Counted from the stretch's first letter, positions 9,285 through 21,538 are shown. The stretch: 64,000 nt of DNA from Vulcanimicrobiota bacterium (GCA_963795855.1 CAWCIZ010000001.1:480001-544000); one strand, 5' to 3'. The notes: a model not told the origin generated them from the letters alone. Made by a program: numbers and translations.

Positions 9285-9878
9285 TTACAGCAGCGGAACG
9301 CCCGGAGCGGCGGTGCGCGGATAAAGACCGACCAAACGCGGATCGTCGTGGATTTCGATTTGGCGTTTGTACGGGACGAAACCCGAGCGTCTGTAGAACG
9401 GCAAAGCGTTCGGATGATCGAGCGTGCACGTGTGCAGCCAAACGCGCTCGATGGGATGCGACCATGCTCTCGCGAGCGCGTAGTTCATGAGGCTGCGCCC
9501 CGCTCCCGTGCCGCGAAGGCGCTCGCTTACGCCGAACAAGCCGATTTCGCATTCGCCGCGCTCGCGAAAGTCGAGCAGCAGAATGCCCTCGTCCACGCCT
9601 TCGACGCGAAGCGTGTACAACTCGACGTTCGGGTCACGCATCATCTCGGCAAACTCTTCGTCGGTTACGCGGAGCGGTGATTGCCAGAGAAACGGCTCTC
9701 CGATACGCCGAACCAGCGAGCGATACCGCGCGGCATTCGGTTCGCGAAACGCTTCGATCTCCGCACCCGTAACGTGTGGTTCGGCGCGCGTCGCCGCCGG
9801 CGCGCGCATCTCCAGACAGGTGACGACGTTCGCGAGCTTTCCGGGCGGGAGGTCCGTGTAGCCGTCAGCGAGCGGCAT
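9285..9878 (-). CDS. GNAT family N-acetyltransferase
   Basis: RGTGAGRSL acetyl-CoA motif, VWLHTCTLDHPNALPFY. Confidence 0.9.
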   Translation of the reverse strand: MPLADGYTDLPPGKLANVVTCLEMRAPAATRAEPHVTGAEIEAFREPNAARYRSLVRRIGEPFLWQSPLRVTDEEFAEMMRDPNVELYTLRVEGVDEGILLLDFRERGECEIGLFGVSERLRGTGAGRSLMNYALARAWSHPIERVWLHTCTLDHPNALPFYRRSGFVPYKRQIEIHDDPRLVGLYPRTAAPGVPLL

Positions 9879-10098
9879 ACCGGTACTGGCCGGGCTGCCA
9901 TTCGCACACGCTCGCGTCGCGCATCACGAACGACTCGCAGCCGTCGACGTCGGGGTTGAAGTCCGCGTTGAGGCGTTTGGTCGCGTCCCAATCTACCGCC
10001 GGTTCTTGCCGCGCGGCGCCGCGCGCTTTCACATACGAAAATTGCGGATTTTTGATGAGCGTGTTGAGCGTCTTCGCCAAGCGTTGCGCATCCTTCAT
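9865..10098 (-). CDS. hypothetical protein
   Basis: 77-aa ORF, GAGGAAG RBS, overlaps GNAT start. Confidence 0.55.
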   Translation of the reverse strand: MKDAQRLAKTLNTLIKNPQFSYVKARGAARQEPAVDWDATKRLNADFNPDVDGCESFVMRDASVCEWQPGQYRYAAR

Positions 10099-10157
10099 GC
10101 TTGCTCTGCTTCCTCGCCCCCGAGGGGCTTCCCCGCAGCTAGGGAACTCACCAACTC

Positions 10158-10868
10158 ATGGCCTTGTCCCACCTCGTCATGCATTTCGCGCTTTGCAATG
10201 CTGCCGCGCGCCTTGGGGCGCAAGCGGAGCTGCCCGTGCGCGTGGTGATCACCGACAAAATCAACCGCGACGTCGTGGACCAGGCGGGAAAAGTCTCTCG
10301 CTACGAAGGCGATACGAGCTCGATGGAATTCGATATACCGTGGGGCCTGTACCGCGCCAGCGTCACGATGCGCGCCGGCAGTGCGAACTGCACGGGAGTT
10401 CAATACTTTTCCGTCTTAGCCGATCACGATCGAACGCTGACGATACACTTGCAGGACGGTCATGTGAATTCGCCGGTTCCGACGCTGATTCAGGGCAGCG
10501 CGCCGTTCTCGTTTTCTTACGTCGAGCCGACCGTCATGGTTTTCGGCGCCGACACGAAATGCAACGGGCCGGTAGGCAATCCAGTCGACGCGAACATCGA
10601 TCAGCAGAACGACGCCGACGGCTATTACGCGTCGGTCTTTCCCGGCCCCGGCATTTCCAGAACCACGCATCTCGTCGTAGCCGTGCGTCTGAAAGATTCG
10701 CACGGCGGATACAACTACATTCGCGTTCCCGGCGATTTCCTCGGCGGTTCGTACGGTTGGCCGTCGGTCGGGCAGTTCAACGTTACCGAAGACGTCGTTG
10801 ATTACGTCGCAGACAAACCGGAAGACACACTGCTCTGCCCGCGCATGTACAAGACGGAAGTGCACTAG
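10158..10868 (+). CDS. hypothetical beta-rich protein
   Basis: 236-aa ORF with protein-like composition; no motif recognised. Confidence 0.7.
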   Translation: MALSHLVMHFALCNAAARLGAQAELPVRVVITDKINRDVVDQAGKVSRYEGDTSSMEFDIPWGLYRASVTMRAGSANCTGVQYFSVLADHDRTLTIHLQDGHVNSPVPTLIQGSAPFSFSYVEPTVMVFGADTKCNGPVGNPVDANIDQQNDADGYYASVFPGPGISRTTHLVVAVRLKDSHGGYNYIRVPGDFLGGSYGWPSVGQFNVTEDVVDYVADKPEDTLLCPRMYKTEVH

Positions 10869-10883
10869 CCGCCGAATGAAGCG

Positions 10884-11621
10884 CTAATGCGTCGGCGAAG
10901 GCGCGGGCGTCCCTGCCAAGCGCGGATCGGGCGCTGCTGCGGGAAAGGTGATGTCGGAATACGTGGTGTCGGAAGATACGGTGAAGTTCATCGGTCCGAA
11001 GTGCTGGGGCGCGGTGTAGCGCGCGTGCGTTATCACCCAATGCCCGTCGATGGTTTGGTAATCCAGCGAAATGACGGTGGGATCGCCGACGAAGCGCACT
11101 TCGATATGCGCGGGCAACTGCGTTGCCGGATCGATGACGATGTCCGCGGGATAGAGATCGCCGTGCGGAAGGGAAGGCGTCGGCGCGGCCTGCAGATGCA
11201 CTCGCTGCGCGCTGGAGTCCGCTGCGTATGAGGGCGCCCAAAAACTGATATAGGGAACGACCTCGTTCACCGACGTATCGGGCGCCGGCAATTGCCAAAG
11301 TTGCGGAGCGACGCGCGTGAGATCGATGTCGACGTGCTTGAGGTTCGCGTACCAACTGTAACTGAAACCTGCGAGCGGATCGAAGTAGGGAATGATTGGA
11401 AACGCTTTTCCGGTACGCTGCGCGCCGTGCGGAAGATCTTGCATGACTGCGTAGTCGTCGGGCTGACGCACGGCCACGTACCGGTTGATGTCCTGCATGC
11501 GGCCGATGCTCGAGGTGACGTGCGTCAACTCGCGATACGTGATATACATCGGCGCGTTCTGAACGTAGGCGGTGGCCGTCCGGTTGATCAGCTGGACCAG
11601 CGCCAGGTCGGGTGGAATCAT
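10884..11621 (-). CDS. hypothetical protein, possible LolA-like fold
   Basis: ORF from MIPPDL; shares motifs with the protein starting at 33145. Confidence 0.65.
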   Translation of the reverse strand: MIPPDLALVQLINRTATAYVQNAPMYITYRELTHVTSSIGRMQDINRYVAVRQPDDYAVMQDLPHGAQRTGKAFPIIPYFDPLAGFSYSWYANLKHVDIDLTRVAPQLWQLPAPDTSVNEVVPYISFWAPSYAADSSAQRVHLQAAPTPSLPHGDLYPADIVIDPATQLPAHIEVRFVGDPTVISLDYQTIDGHWVITHARYTAPQHFGPMNFTVSSDTTYSDITFPAAAPDPRLAGTPAPSPTH

Positions 11622-11675
11622 CGCAGCGTTCTTCGGAGAAAGGTGTGTGGTTCTTTCCGGGAAAAGCGATGCCGC

Positions 11676-12858
11676 ATGACCGTCATCGTTCCGCCGGGCG
11701 AAGTGCGCGAGCGCGTAGTCGAACTGCGCCGCGCGATTCATCGGCACCCCGAACTCGGATTCGAAGAAGTACAGACGTGCGCCCTAGTCGAGAGTGAACT
11801 CGACGCGCTCGGCATCGAACATCGCCGCGTTGCGCAAACGGGCGTGGTGGGCGTCATACGAGGCGCGAAGGCCGGCCGTGTCGCCGGCTTGCGCGCCGAT
11901 ATGGACGCGCTGCCGATAACCGAGCGTTCCGGCGAACCGTTCTCGTCCGAAGTGCAGCGGGAAAATGCACGCGTGCGGGCACGACGCGCACACGGCCATG
12001 CTGCTGGGTGCGGCGCGCGTGCTGCAAGGCATGCGAGATGACTTGCACGGCAGCGTCGTGCTGCTGTTTCAGCCTGCGGAAGAAGGCCCCGGCGGCGCCG
12101 AGGTAATGATTGCGGAAGGCGCGCTGGACGAGCCGAAAGTGGACGCGATCGCGATGCTGCACGTGGACCACCGTTTGCACGCCGGAACGATCGGGGTCAC
12201 GCCGGGACCCGTGAACGCATCCGCCGATGAATTTCACGTGACGGTGCAGGGACGCGGGGGACACGGCGCTTATCCGCACACGGCTGCCGACGCGATTCCG
12301 GCGGCGTGCGCGATGGTGAGCGCGCTGCAAACGATCGCGTCGCGCGAAACGGATCCGCTCAAGAGCGTCGTGGTGACGGTCGGCACGATTAACGGCGGCT
12401 ATCGCAACAACGTCATCGCCGACGAAGTCAAAATGACGGGAACGCTTCGCGCGCACGATCCCGAAATTCGCAACGGACTCGAAGCGCGGCTGCGCCGCAT
12501 GCTCGAGGGCATTGCAGCCGGATATGGAGTGAAGGCACAGCTCGAGGTGCTCTACGGTTATCCGCCCGTCGTAAATAACGCCGCGCTCGCGGAAAGCTTT
12601 TCGCGCTACATGAAAGCGCATTCCGGCCTCAAAGTCGAGCGTCCCGCGCCGACAATGGGTGCTGAGGATTTTGCTTACTATGCGCAGCGCATTCCCGGCG
12701 TACACGTGCGGCTCGGAATCCGAAACGAAGAAACCGGCGCGATCCACTCGGGCCACAGTCCGCAATTTCGCATCGACGAGGCGGCGTTGCCGGTGGGGGT
12801 GCAAACGCTCGTAGCATTTGCCAGCAGCGTTTCAAGCGGCGAGGTGGTTTTCGAGTAG
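11676..12858 (+). CDS. M20 family amidohydrolase, apparent frameshift near 11957
   Basis: [22 protein letters not shown], then [26 protein letters not shown] in the next frame. Confidence 0.9.
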
Positions 12859-12932
12859 TCAAGCAAGCGCTACTACTGCTTGTGCACAACTAGTGAAGAG
12901 GCACTATATGTAGTATCGCAGAACGCTCGCCC

Positions 12933-13463
12933 ATGGCAATCTTGCGTCCTTCGACAGCCTCAGCCCAGGCTGCGGTTCCCCGTGCGGGGACACGGCTTCT
13001 CAGCGCCGCCGTCGACGTTCAGGCCGCAGCGGAAACCGCGTTTTCTCTGCTGTGCGCAGTCGAGAAGTGGCCGGTCTGGCTCTCGTTTCTGCGCAGCGCG
13101 CAAGCGCGCGACGCGTCGGCTCCGCTCGCCGCCGGCAGCGAAATCATCGTTCGTTCGGCGATTCCCGGCGAGGAAGAGCAGCTCTTCGAAGTCGACCATT
13201 TCATTACGAATCACCAGCTCTCGCTGGTCGGCGCTTACTCGATCCGGCGCCGAATCGACTTCCGGCTCGAGCGCAAAACGTCGCGCTGCAAGCTCCACGC
13301 TCGCCTCGAGTACCCGGCCTACGGTGGCCGGATCGGCGTGCTGTACGACACCCTCAACGCAGGGCGACGGCTGCCGGCGCAGCTCGAAGAGTCGCTGGTG
13401 CACTTCAAGCACTTGGCCGAGTACAACGCCGTCGAGAAAGACGAACTGCTCGCGGACTTCTGA
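12933..13463 (+). CDS. SRPBCC (START-like) family protein
   Basis: AFSLLCAVEKWPVW pattern, C-terminal helix LVHFKHLAE. Confidence 0.7.
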   Translation: MAILRPSTASAQAAVPRAGTRLLSAAVDVQAAAETAFSLLCAVEKWPVWLSFLRSAQARDASAPLAAGSEIIVRSAIPGEEEQLFEVDHFITNHQLSLVGAYSIRRRIDFRLERKTSRCKLHARLEYPAYGGRIGVLYDTLNAGRRLPAQLEESLVHFKHLAEYNAVEKDELLADF

Positions 13464-13520
13464 GTCGCGCGATCTTAGCAGTCGTTGACTGGGAGTGCTA
13501 GGCGCCGGTATACTTGCTTC

Positions 13521-13817
13521 ATGCCGCTGTACGATTATCAGTGTTCGAAATGCCAGCACGTCGTCGAGGTTCGCCACGGCTTCAACGACACGTACGCCGA
13601 AGCGTGCCCTGCCTGCGGAGGCGCGCTCAGGCGCGTGATTAATCCGGCGCCCGTGATTTTCAAAGGCTCCGGCTTTTACGTAACCGACTCGCGCAAACCG
13701 TCCGGCGACTCTTCGTCTTCGACCTCGCCCGCGTCGTCCGCGCCGTCCGCATCGCCTGCCTCGTCCGCATCGTCGCCCCCGTCCACCTCGTCTTCGTCCA
13801 AAGAGTCAGCCGCATAG
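13521..13817 (+). CDS. FmdB family zinc-ribbon protein
   Basis: MPLYDYQCSKC..CPACG..FKGSGFYVTD, Ser-rich tail. Confidence 0.92.
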   Translation: MPLYDYQCSKCQHVVEVRHGFNDTYAEACPACGGALRRVINPAPVIFKGSGFYVTDSRKPSGDSSSSTSPASSAPSASPASSASSPPSTSSSSKESAA

Positions 13818-13823
13818 GGGCGC

Positions 13824-14159
13824 ATGAGCACCTGGACGTGGGTGTTGACCGGCTGGTGCGTCGCCGGCGTGCTGCTTCCGCTCGTGCCGGCGTTCATGGT
13901 CGCGCGCCTTGTCTTACGCCTGCGCGCACGCGTTGCCGACCTTCGGCGCGCGCGGCTGTTCACGTCGATTGAATCGCTGCAACTGCAGCGCGCGCGGGCG
14001 GTGCACGTCGCGGCCGAAGCGCGCCCGTTGATCGCGCGCGGGCAAAGCGCCATTGCGGTCCTGCGCAAGAGTGCCGTGCAGACCGGTTACGTCGACGCGC
14101 GGGACTCGCTCGAAAACGCCGGCGCCCAAATCAGCGCGTTGGCGCAAGAACTTCGTTAA
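13824..14159 (+). CDS. hypothetical membrane-anchored protein
   Basis: N-terminal hydrophobic helix, follows FmdB gene closely. Confidence 0.6.
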   Translation: MSTWTWVLTGWCVAGVLLPLVPAFMVARLVLRLRARVADLRRARLFTSIESLQLQRARAVHVAAEARPLIARGQSAIAVLRKSAVQTGYVDARDSLENAGAQISALAQELR

Positions 14160-14173
14160 TCCGCCGTCCCCGC

Positions 14174-15278
14174 TTACGGTTTGGGCGGCTCCTCGTTTTC
14201 CGGCGGCTCCCAATGCCAGCCCGGCGCCGAAGACGGGGGCCCCGGCATCGGAGGCAGACCGAATGGCGACGCCGCGTCGCCGGCCGGGCTTTCGGTATTC
14301 GGAACGGCGAACGGCGCGCCGAACGGCATGCCCGGGTCGCTCGTCGCCGGCGGCGTTACTACGGGCGGTACGACCGGCGTGCTTGGCGCAGCCGGCGTCC
14401 ACGTCGACCAGCTAAGCGCGGGCGCGGGCGGCGCGGGCGGCGGTGGAGCGGGTGCGCTGCGTACCGGCGGTTCGGGGATCGGTTCGCGGCTTTGCGCCGC
14501 CTTCGCGACGCTCGGGCGTGGGCGTGGGTTCTTCGCGCGGAGTGAAGATCGGCTGCGGCAAATCGCCGACCGCCGCGCCGGTAATCACGTAACGCGCGGG
14601 CGGCAATATCATCGAATCGGAACGGCGCGCGAGCGCGCGCAACTCGTCGAGATCGCCTCGCGGCGCGTCTTCGACCGCCATCGTGTCGAGCAGCAACGCG
14701 ATCGTGTCGCGCAGGTACTCGCGCGGCGGAACTTTCGCAAAGGCAAAAACATGCTGTGAAACGTTTGCCTTCACTGCTTGCAACAATTTGCGCCAATACT
14801 CGAGCGGCTGATAATACTCGAACTGACCCAGTTCGCGTTTGGCTTGTGAATAGAGACGAGCGATGCGCTTGCCAATCTGATCGGCCGGAGGCCCCGGTTC
14901 GACGATTGCGACACGTTTTGCGACGCGTGCCAGTTCGGACACGATCTGCGCGTGAAAGAACGGATCTTGTTCGTGTAAATAATGGAACGCGATCGCACTC
15001 TCGAACGTGTCGGCTTTCGCGGGAATTACGGAGGTGCTGCCGCGCAAAAGTTTGGCGCCTGCGTCTTCGAACTTGCGAAAAAGTTGCTCGCGGTGCTCGA
15101 TCACCGTTACGTCGGCTCCGGCTTCGAGCGCGCGACGCACCCAGCGAGCGTCCTCGCCGTAGCCGCAGAAGAGCACGCGCTGCCCGGGCTCGATCACCAG
15201 AGCATCCCAGATCAGGTTCTCGATGTAGCGCGATTCGCGTTCGAACTCGTCGGCCGAATACCGTGGGGTGTCGTTCAC
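14174..15278 (-). CDS. methyltransferase-like domain protein with Pro-rich tail, apparent frameshift near 14515
   Basis: PGQRVLFCGYG, IPAKADTFE..FHYLHE; Pro-rich tail continues in another frame to TAA at 14174; GTGA overlap with aroA. Confidence 0.7.
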
Positions 15279-16551
15279 TCTTGCGCCTTCCGGAGCGTGG
15301 TGAGAAAGTCGGGAAACTCACGCCGATACCGCTTTCGTCGTCGATGCGCAGCGCTCCGGCGCCCGCCGCCAAACACCCCGCCGCCATCGCCGTCCGGTGA
15401 TCGCCGAAGGTCTCGAGCAAGCCGCCCTCACAGCTCGGGCGTCCGCCGCGAATCAGCAGTCCATTGGGAAGCAGTTCGACGCTCACGTCCGCAGCGTCCA
15501 GCAGCCGCAGAATTGCCGCCACGCGATCGGATTCTTTCGTACGCAAATCGTGAACCCCCGTGATGCGCGTTTCACCTTCCGCAAATGCGGCTGCTACGGC
15601 AAGGGCCAAGATTTCGTCGATCGCGCGAAGCGCAAGATCCGCGCCGATGGCGATGCCGCGCAAATCGGCCGATTCGACGACGATGTCGGCAACGGGCTCG
15701 CCGCAGCGCTCGCGCGGATTGCGCAGTTCGATATGCGCGCCCATTTGCAGCAGTGCGTCCAGCAGGCCCGTACGCGTTGGATTAACACCCACGCCGGGCA
15801 GCGTTATCGAGCTGCCGCGTGCGATCGTCGCCGCAACGATGAAAAACGCGGCTGCGGAGAAATCGCCGGGCACGTCGACGTCGGAGAAAGCGCGCGGCAT
15901 CGAGCGTAACTCCACGCGCGCTCGGTCGAACTCGACGTCGCAGCCGAAGTACCGCAGCAGCCGTTCCGTGTGATCGCGCGATCCTTTGTCAGCGAGCGTG
16001 GTGACCGGCGTGCCGGAGAAGACGCCCGCAAAGAGCAGCGCGGACTTTATTTGCGCGGACGGCGAAAGGAGAATGAAGCGGCGCGTTTGCGGTTGCGTTC
16101 GCCCGTTCAGAACAGCGGGAAGCGTGCCGCTCGCGGTTTCGATCCGCGCCCCGAACGCGCGCAGCTGCGCCGCGACAGGTTCCATCGGTCGGGTGCGAAG
16201 CGACGCATCGCCATCGAATCGCGCCCGCAGATCCGCTCCGGTGCAGGCGCCGAGCAGCATACGCGCGGTCGAGCCGGAGTTCATGCAGTCGATCGTCTCT
16301 GCGGCATCGTGCAGCGTACCGCCGCAGATACGCGCTGAGGTCCCGCTTAGATCGACGTGCGCGCCAATGGCAATCATGGCGCGTGCCGTGGCGCGCACGT
16401 CGCTTCCGGGATTCAGATTTCGAAGCTCGATCGGTTCCGGGCTTTGTGCGCCTAGAATGAGGGCGCGGTGCGAAATCGATTTATCGCCCGGAACGGCGAC
16501 GGTTCCGCGCAGCGGCCCGGCCGAAAACGTCGGATTTGTGCTGTGCATCAC
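15275..16551 (-). CDS. aroA: 3-phosphoshikimate 1-carboxyvinyltransferase, apparent frameshift near 15312
   Basis: PGDKSISHRA, SAQIKSALL, RDHTE, KESDR, DHRTAM; one added C restores SFPDFLTTLRKAQE*. Confidence 0.95.
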
Positions 16552-16565
16552 TGCGGAGCGGAATT

Positions 16566-16648
16566 TGGGGAAGGAGGGGGTCGAACCCTCATGGGTGTTT
16601 ACCCGGCCGCTTTTGAGGCGGCTGCGTCTGCCATTCCGCCACTTCCCC
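16566..16648 (-). tRNA. tRNA-Leu(CAA)
   Basis: GGGGAAG/CTTCCCC acceptor, GCCGC-CTCAAAA-GCGGC, long variable arm. Confidence 0.95.
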
Positions 16649-16656
16649 GCGCAGAA

Positions 16657-19600
16657 CTACGGCCGATTCGCGAGGCGCGTCAGCAGCGCCTGCGCTTGCG
16701 TGAAAGTTCCCGCCACGGCGGTGGTATAGCGCACTGCGGCGGCGCGTCCGGGTGAAAACGTCATCGTGAGTAGCGCGTCGGCAACATGTCGATCGACGCG
16801 CGCGCTTTCGACGGTGCCGCCAGGCCAAGTAATCGCGAGCAAGCGATGCTTCGACGAATTGAAGAAGCCGACGCCGTCCGTTCCGCGCAAGATCTGCGTT
16901 CGGCCGGAGATCGCGAACGAAGATAGTTGCTGGGCGCGCTGCGATGCCCCGTTCGGAAATCGCGTATCTAGCGTGACGGAGAACCCGTCGGAGTTTAGCG
17001 CAACCGATTTTATGAATGTCGCGCCATGCGGCGGCGCATCGGGGGCGGTGTAGGTGAACCTCGCCCTCGAGGATGCGGGCGAGATGCTCGCGGCGTAGCA
17101 GCGGTTGAACGTACCCGTCGCGATCGGGTGCGTGTATTTGGCGATGTAGTCGCGCGGCGAAGCCGGGCGCTGCTCGAGCCATGCGTCGCGCAATCCGCCT
17201 ACGGTTGTAAAAAGATTCTCGCCGCTGCGAAAATCTTCCAAGACGAATGCGCGCGCTCCGGCACACGGTGAAACGATTAGCCGCATCGTCGCATTTTCGA
17301 AGACGATCGCGGGGTAGCCGTCCCGATACACGTCGCTTCGGTAAACCATCGGGCGATGCGGCGCGGAAAGGTTTGTTGCGATCCAGCTGCCCGGCCGCAG
17401 CGGAAGTCTTCGCGCGCCGAGAAGACGATAAACTCGCAGGCGGTTGCTGTGGAGCTGCGTTGCGTAGGGACAGCGGGATCAACACTGCATCGCGAGGCGC
17501 GACCGTCAGTGCCGGCGCCCATGCGTGAAAGCGTCCGGCATGAACGAGCGCGGCGCGCGTATGCAGCGCAGCGCGGCCGTAATTTACGACGTCCAAGAAG
17601 CCGAAGCGCTCGTTGCGCGCAACCAGGAGCGCGGCGTTCGGTATTCCGCCCGCCGCAGGCTCGGAGATGCGCGCGGCGCGCGCGGTCGAAACGATTCGTC
17701 CGCCCGCTGCGCGATAGGCCGCAAGGGTGCGTCGTACCGCCGGTACGTACGGGGAGCGAACGCCGTTGGGCGGGAGAACCAGGACGCGGTACTGTGCGAG
17801 ATCGGCCGCTGAAGCGTAGCGCAGATCGACGAGCCGGCACGTGATGCGCATGATCCGGCAACCGCGCTGCGCGTCCATAGTCGCTTGTGCGACTTGCGCG
17901 ATCTGCTCGTTCGAAATACGCGAAGCGTCATACGCGCTCGTCAAATATGCGACGGCGGCGTCGGCCGCGGGGCGGCGTTTGCGCGATCAGGGTGCCGTAA
18001 CGAGCCATCAGCGAACCGAACCGCGCGGTCGGCGCATAGCGCGCCTGCGGCGTCAGCTGCACGGAGAGCGCCGCATCCCATGAATAAAACGCGTTCGTCC
18101 ACGGCGCTTCCCAGCCCGCCGGATTGAACGTATCTTGCACCGGGAAGTTCACCACGCCGTGTGCGCCCATCTGCAGCAGCGTGTGCAGCGCAAGCGTGGT
18201 GTTGGTGGGATCCGCCGGGCGCGGCGCGGGCTGATCGGCGTCTTGCAGCCAGCCGGCTTGAAACTCACTGATCATCACGGGGCGATCGCGTTGCGTTTGG
18301 AGCAGACCGGTGGAAAATTCGAGCTGCGTGCGATCGTGTTCGCCGATACTGTACGCGTCGCTCTGATACCAGTTTCCCCAGGCCCACGCGGGCGCATCCG
18401 CGGTCACCTTCATCTCGTACGTGTTCACGAACGTCGGTATACCGGGCGCGGCGGTCCGAACGATGGAGTCGAGATACGAAATGTACCGGTGGAAATGCGG
18501 CCCGGGCCACGTGTCGTTGTCGATATACGCACCTTGATCGTCGTCCAGCGCTATCGCAACGATAGCGTGTTTTCGCGGGACGACGGTCGCAAGCACTCGC
18601 CGCAGCCAGCGCGTCGCGTAACGCATGTGCAGCGGGTTGTTCATCCATTCCTCCGCCGCAGCGTCGGAATGCGCGTTTTGAAGCGTAGCGGTCGCCGGAT
18701 AGCGGCCTTCCAGCACGTCGGAAAGCGGCATACGATACGGCGCGCGTTCCAGCAGCCACGCAGGATAGCCGCCGTTGCGCCATTCATTCCGAATCACCGG
18801 TCCCGGCCGCAGCACGATTGCGAAGCCGTCGCGGTCGATCAAGCCAAGCAGCCCCACTAAGTCGCGCCGCGGATTCGTACGACCGGTGAAATCGAAATCA
18901 CCGTCACGCAGCTCGTGCCAATTCCACATCACGTAGAGGTCGATTGTGTTGATGCCCATCGCCTTATACCGTTGCAGTGCTTCCGCCCATTCTTCACGCG
19001 GCACGCGTTCGTAAAAGAACGTGGCGCCGTACAGGAAGAACGGCTTCTTCGTCTGGGCGTGCGCGATAGCGGGATGGGCGAGGAGCGCAAATGCCGCGGC
19101 GATCGCGAACGGCCATGCGCGCTGGGTGCGGGCCATGATGAGATACGCTGCGATCCCCACGACGAGCCAGCCGACGCCGGCGCCGATTGCCGTCGCGCCG
19201 GTATAGGCGAACGCATACAGCCATCCCGCGAGCGCTACGATTGCGGGAACCGGGAACAGCCACATGCGAAACGGCGCCCGTTCGCGCCGGGCGCGCAGCA
19301 CGAAGAGCGCGACGATTTGGGCGACGCTTTGGATGAGCACGATCCCTGCCGTGAGAATCGCGATCACCGTGTCCAAACTGAAGAAACATGCCGCCAGCGA
19401 CGCGGCGCCTATCACGAGCAGCGAAACGTGGGGAAACTGTCCGCGCGGATGAAGAAGCGCGAACGCGCGGAAGAATTCACCGTCGCGCGCGGCGGCAAAG
19501 GGGATGCGCGCGAAGCCGGCGAGGTTGCCGAACAACGACGCGAACGCAGTAACGAGGATCAGCACGGTGATTCCGCGCGCCGCCCAGACGCCCCAGGCGA

Positions 19601-20441
19601 CGGCAACGGCGGTTGCAGCGACGAACTGTGCCTGCGGCGTTTGCGTTCCATCCGGGCCGACGAGCGTGCGCCACGGTATCACGCCGAGTATGCCGACTTG
19701 CAGTAAAATATACAGCACCGCGACGATGACGATCGAAAGGACGACGGCTTTCGGGATCGTCCGGTGCGGATCGCGCACTTCGTCGCTCATCAGCGCTGCG
19801 TCGCTATAGCCGACATAGTCGTACAGCGTGATGTAAAGCGCGCCGCCCAAACCGGCGAAAAAGCCGGTTCCCAGCGAAACCGGTTTCGAAAGCGCGAATG
19901 CTTCGTGAAAATGCGCGTGCGTGAACGAAGCGGCGATGATGAGCAGCAGCGTGCCGACGGCGGCGACGGCGAGCGCCGTACCGAGCGCGGCAACGGCAGT
20001 GATGCGCCGATACAGCATTGCAATCACGACCACGCCGACGAGCACGGAAGCGCCGACGTGAAGCGCCGCATGCTGCGCGACCGCCGGCACCAAATATCCC
20101 AGGTAGTCGGTGAACCCGATGTATCCGCTCGCAAGAAGAAACGGCGCGTACAAGAGAAACTGCCAATTGAAGAGAAACGCGAGCAGTCGTCCCCACCGCT
20201 TCGAGCCGAACGTTTCGCGCAAGTAAACGTACGTGCCGCCGGAACCGGGATAGCGTGAACCCAGTTCCGCCCACACCAATCCGTCGCACAGCGCGACGAG
20301 CGCGCCCGCAATCCATCCGGCGAGCGCTAGCGGTCCCGCGAGCTGCGCGAGGACGAGCGGAATCGTCACGAGCGGGCCGATGCCGATCATCGTGATGACG
20401 TTGAGCGCAACGGCGCCGCGCAGGTTGATGCCGCGGATCAT
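16657..20441 (-). CDS. APC-family permease fused to GH35-type glycoside hydrolase plus C-terminal domains; apparent frameshifts near 17975 and 17420-17460
   Basis: NVITMIGIGP..AELGSRYPGSGGTYVYL permease, then in frame YVMWNWHE..FDFTG..RPGPVIRNEWRNGGYPAWL and MISEFQAGW. Confidence 0.8.
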
Positions 20442-20493
20442 CTTCGCGCCGTTCTCTGTAGTGACGGCCGACCCTGGCGGCGAAGAGCGCCGC

Positions 20494-21538
20494 ATGACGG
20501 ATCGGCAAAGCGCGCTTTCGCGTCTGCTCAGACTGCAGGGCGATGTGCGGTTGGATTTTATTACCAGCGCAGCGCTCGAGGGCAATGCGCTCGGGGATCC
20601 CGCGCAACGGCCGGTCGCGGTGTACGTGCCGCCGCATTACGATCCGGAAGGCTCGCGAGCGTACCCGGTGCTGTACTGTCTGCATGGATATACCGGCGAC
20701 GTTGCCGCGCTGATCAGCGCGCGCCCATGGGAGCAGAACGTCCTGCAACGGATGGACCGTCTCATCACCGAGCAGCAGATGCCGCCCGCGCTTCTGGTTC
20801 TGGTCGATGGTTTTACGCGATTGGGCGGTTCGCAGTACGTCGACTCGATTCACAACGGAGATTACGCCACGTACGTGGTGCGAGACGTCGTGCGTCACGT
20901 CGACGAGTCGTATCGCACGGTCGCGGAAGAAGGCGGCAGAGCAGTGCTGGGCAAGTCGTCGGGCGGCTTCGGTGCGCTGCACTTGTGCATGCAGCACCCC
21001 GGTGTCTTCGCCGCGCTCGCCTCGCACAGCGGTGACGCGTATTTTCGGTACGCGCATCCGCCCGCATTCGTGAAAGTGCAGCGCACGCTCGAGAAATTCG
21101 GTTTCGATATCGGCAAGTTCGTCGACCACTTCGAGAATGCGCAACAAACGCCCGCAAACGGACTACGAAACGATGGAGATGCTCGGGTATGCTGCCGCGT
21201 ATTCACCGCGAACCGCAACGGCGTTCGATCTCGATCTGCCGTTCGACCGAAAAACCGGGGAGCTGCGTGAGGACGTGTTTGCGCGCTGGCTCGCGTTCGA
21301 CCCGGTCGAGATGTGCCTGGGCAAGCAAGCGGAACTGGGACGCCTGCGTTTGCGTTATCTAGATTGCGGCCGGCGCGACGAATACGCTTTGGACATCGGA
21401 GCGCGCGTGCTTGCGTCTCGTATGCGCGAAATGGGACTCGACGTGCGTCACGAAGAGTTCGATGACGATCATCGAAACGTCGGGTACCGTTACGACGTAT
21501 CGCTGCCGGCGTTGTCCGGCGTCTTGGAGAGAACATGA
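20494..21538 (+). CDS. putative esterase (alpha/beta hydrolase), apparent frameshift near 21145
   Basis: VYVPPHY..YPVLYCLHGY, GKSSGG nucleophile elbow, C-terminal half in another frame. Confidence 0.85.

Noticed and set aside
14359..16551. 730-aa AroA with a long C-terminal extension
   Set aside because: Read-through from a one-base loss near 15312; restoring it gives a normal stop overlapping the next gene's GTG
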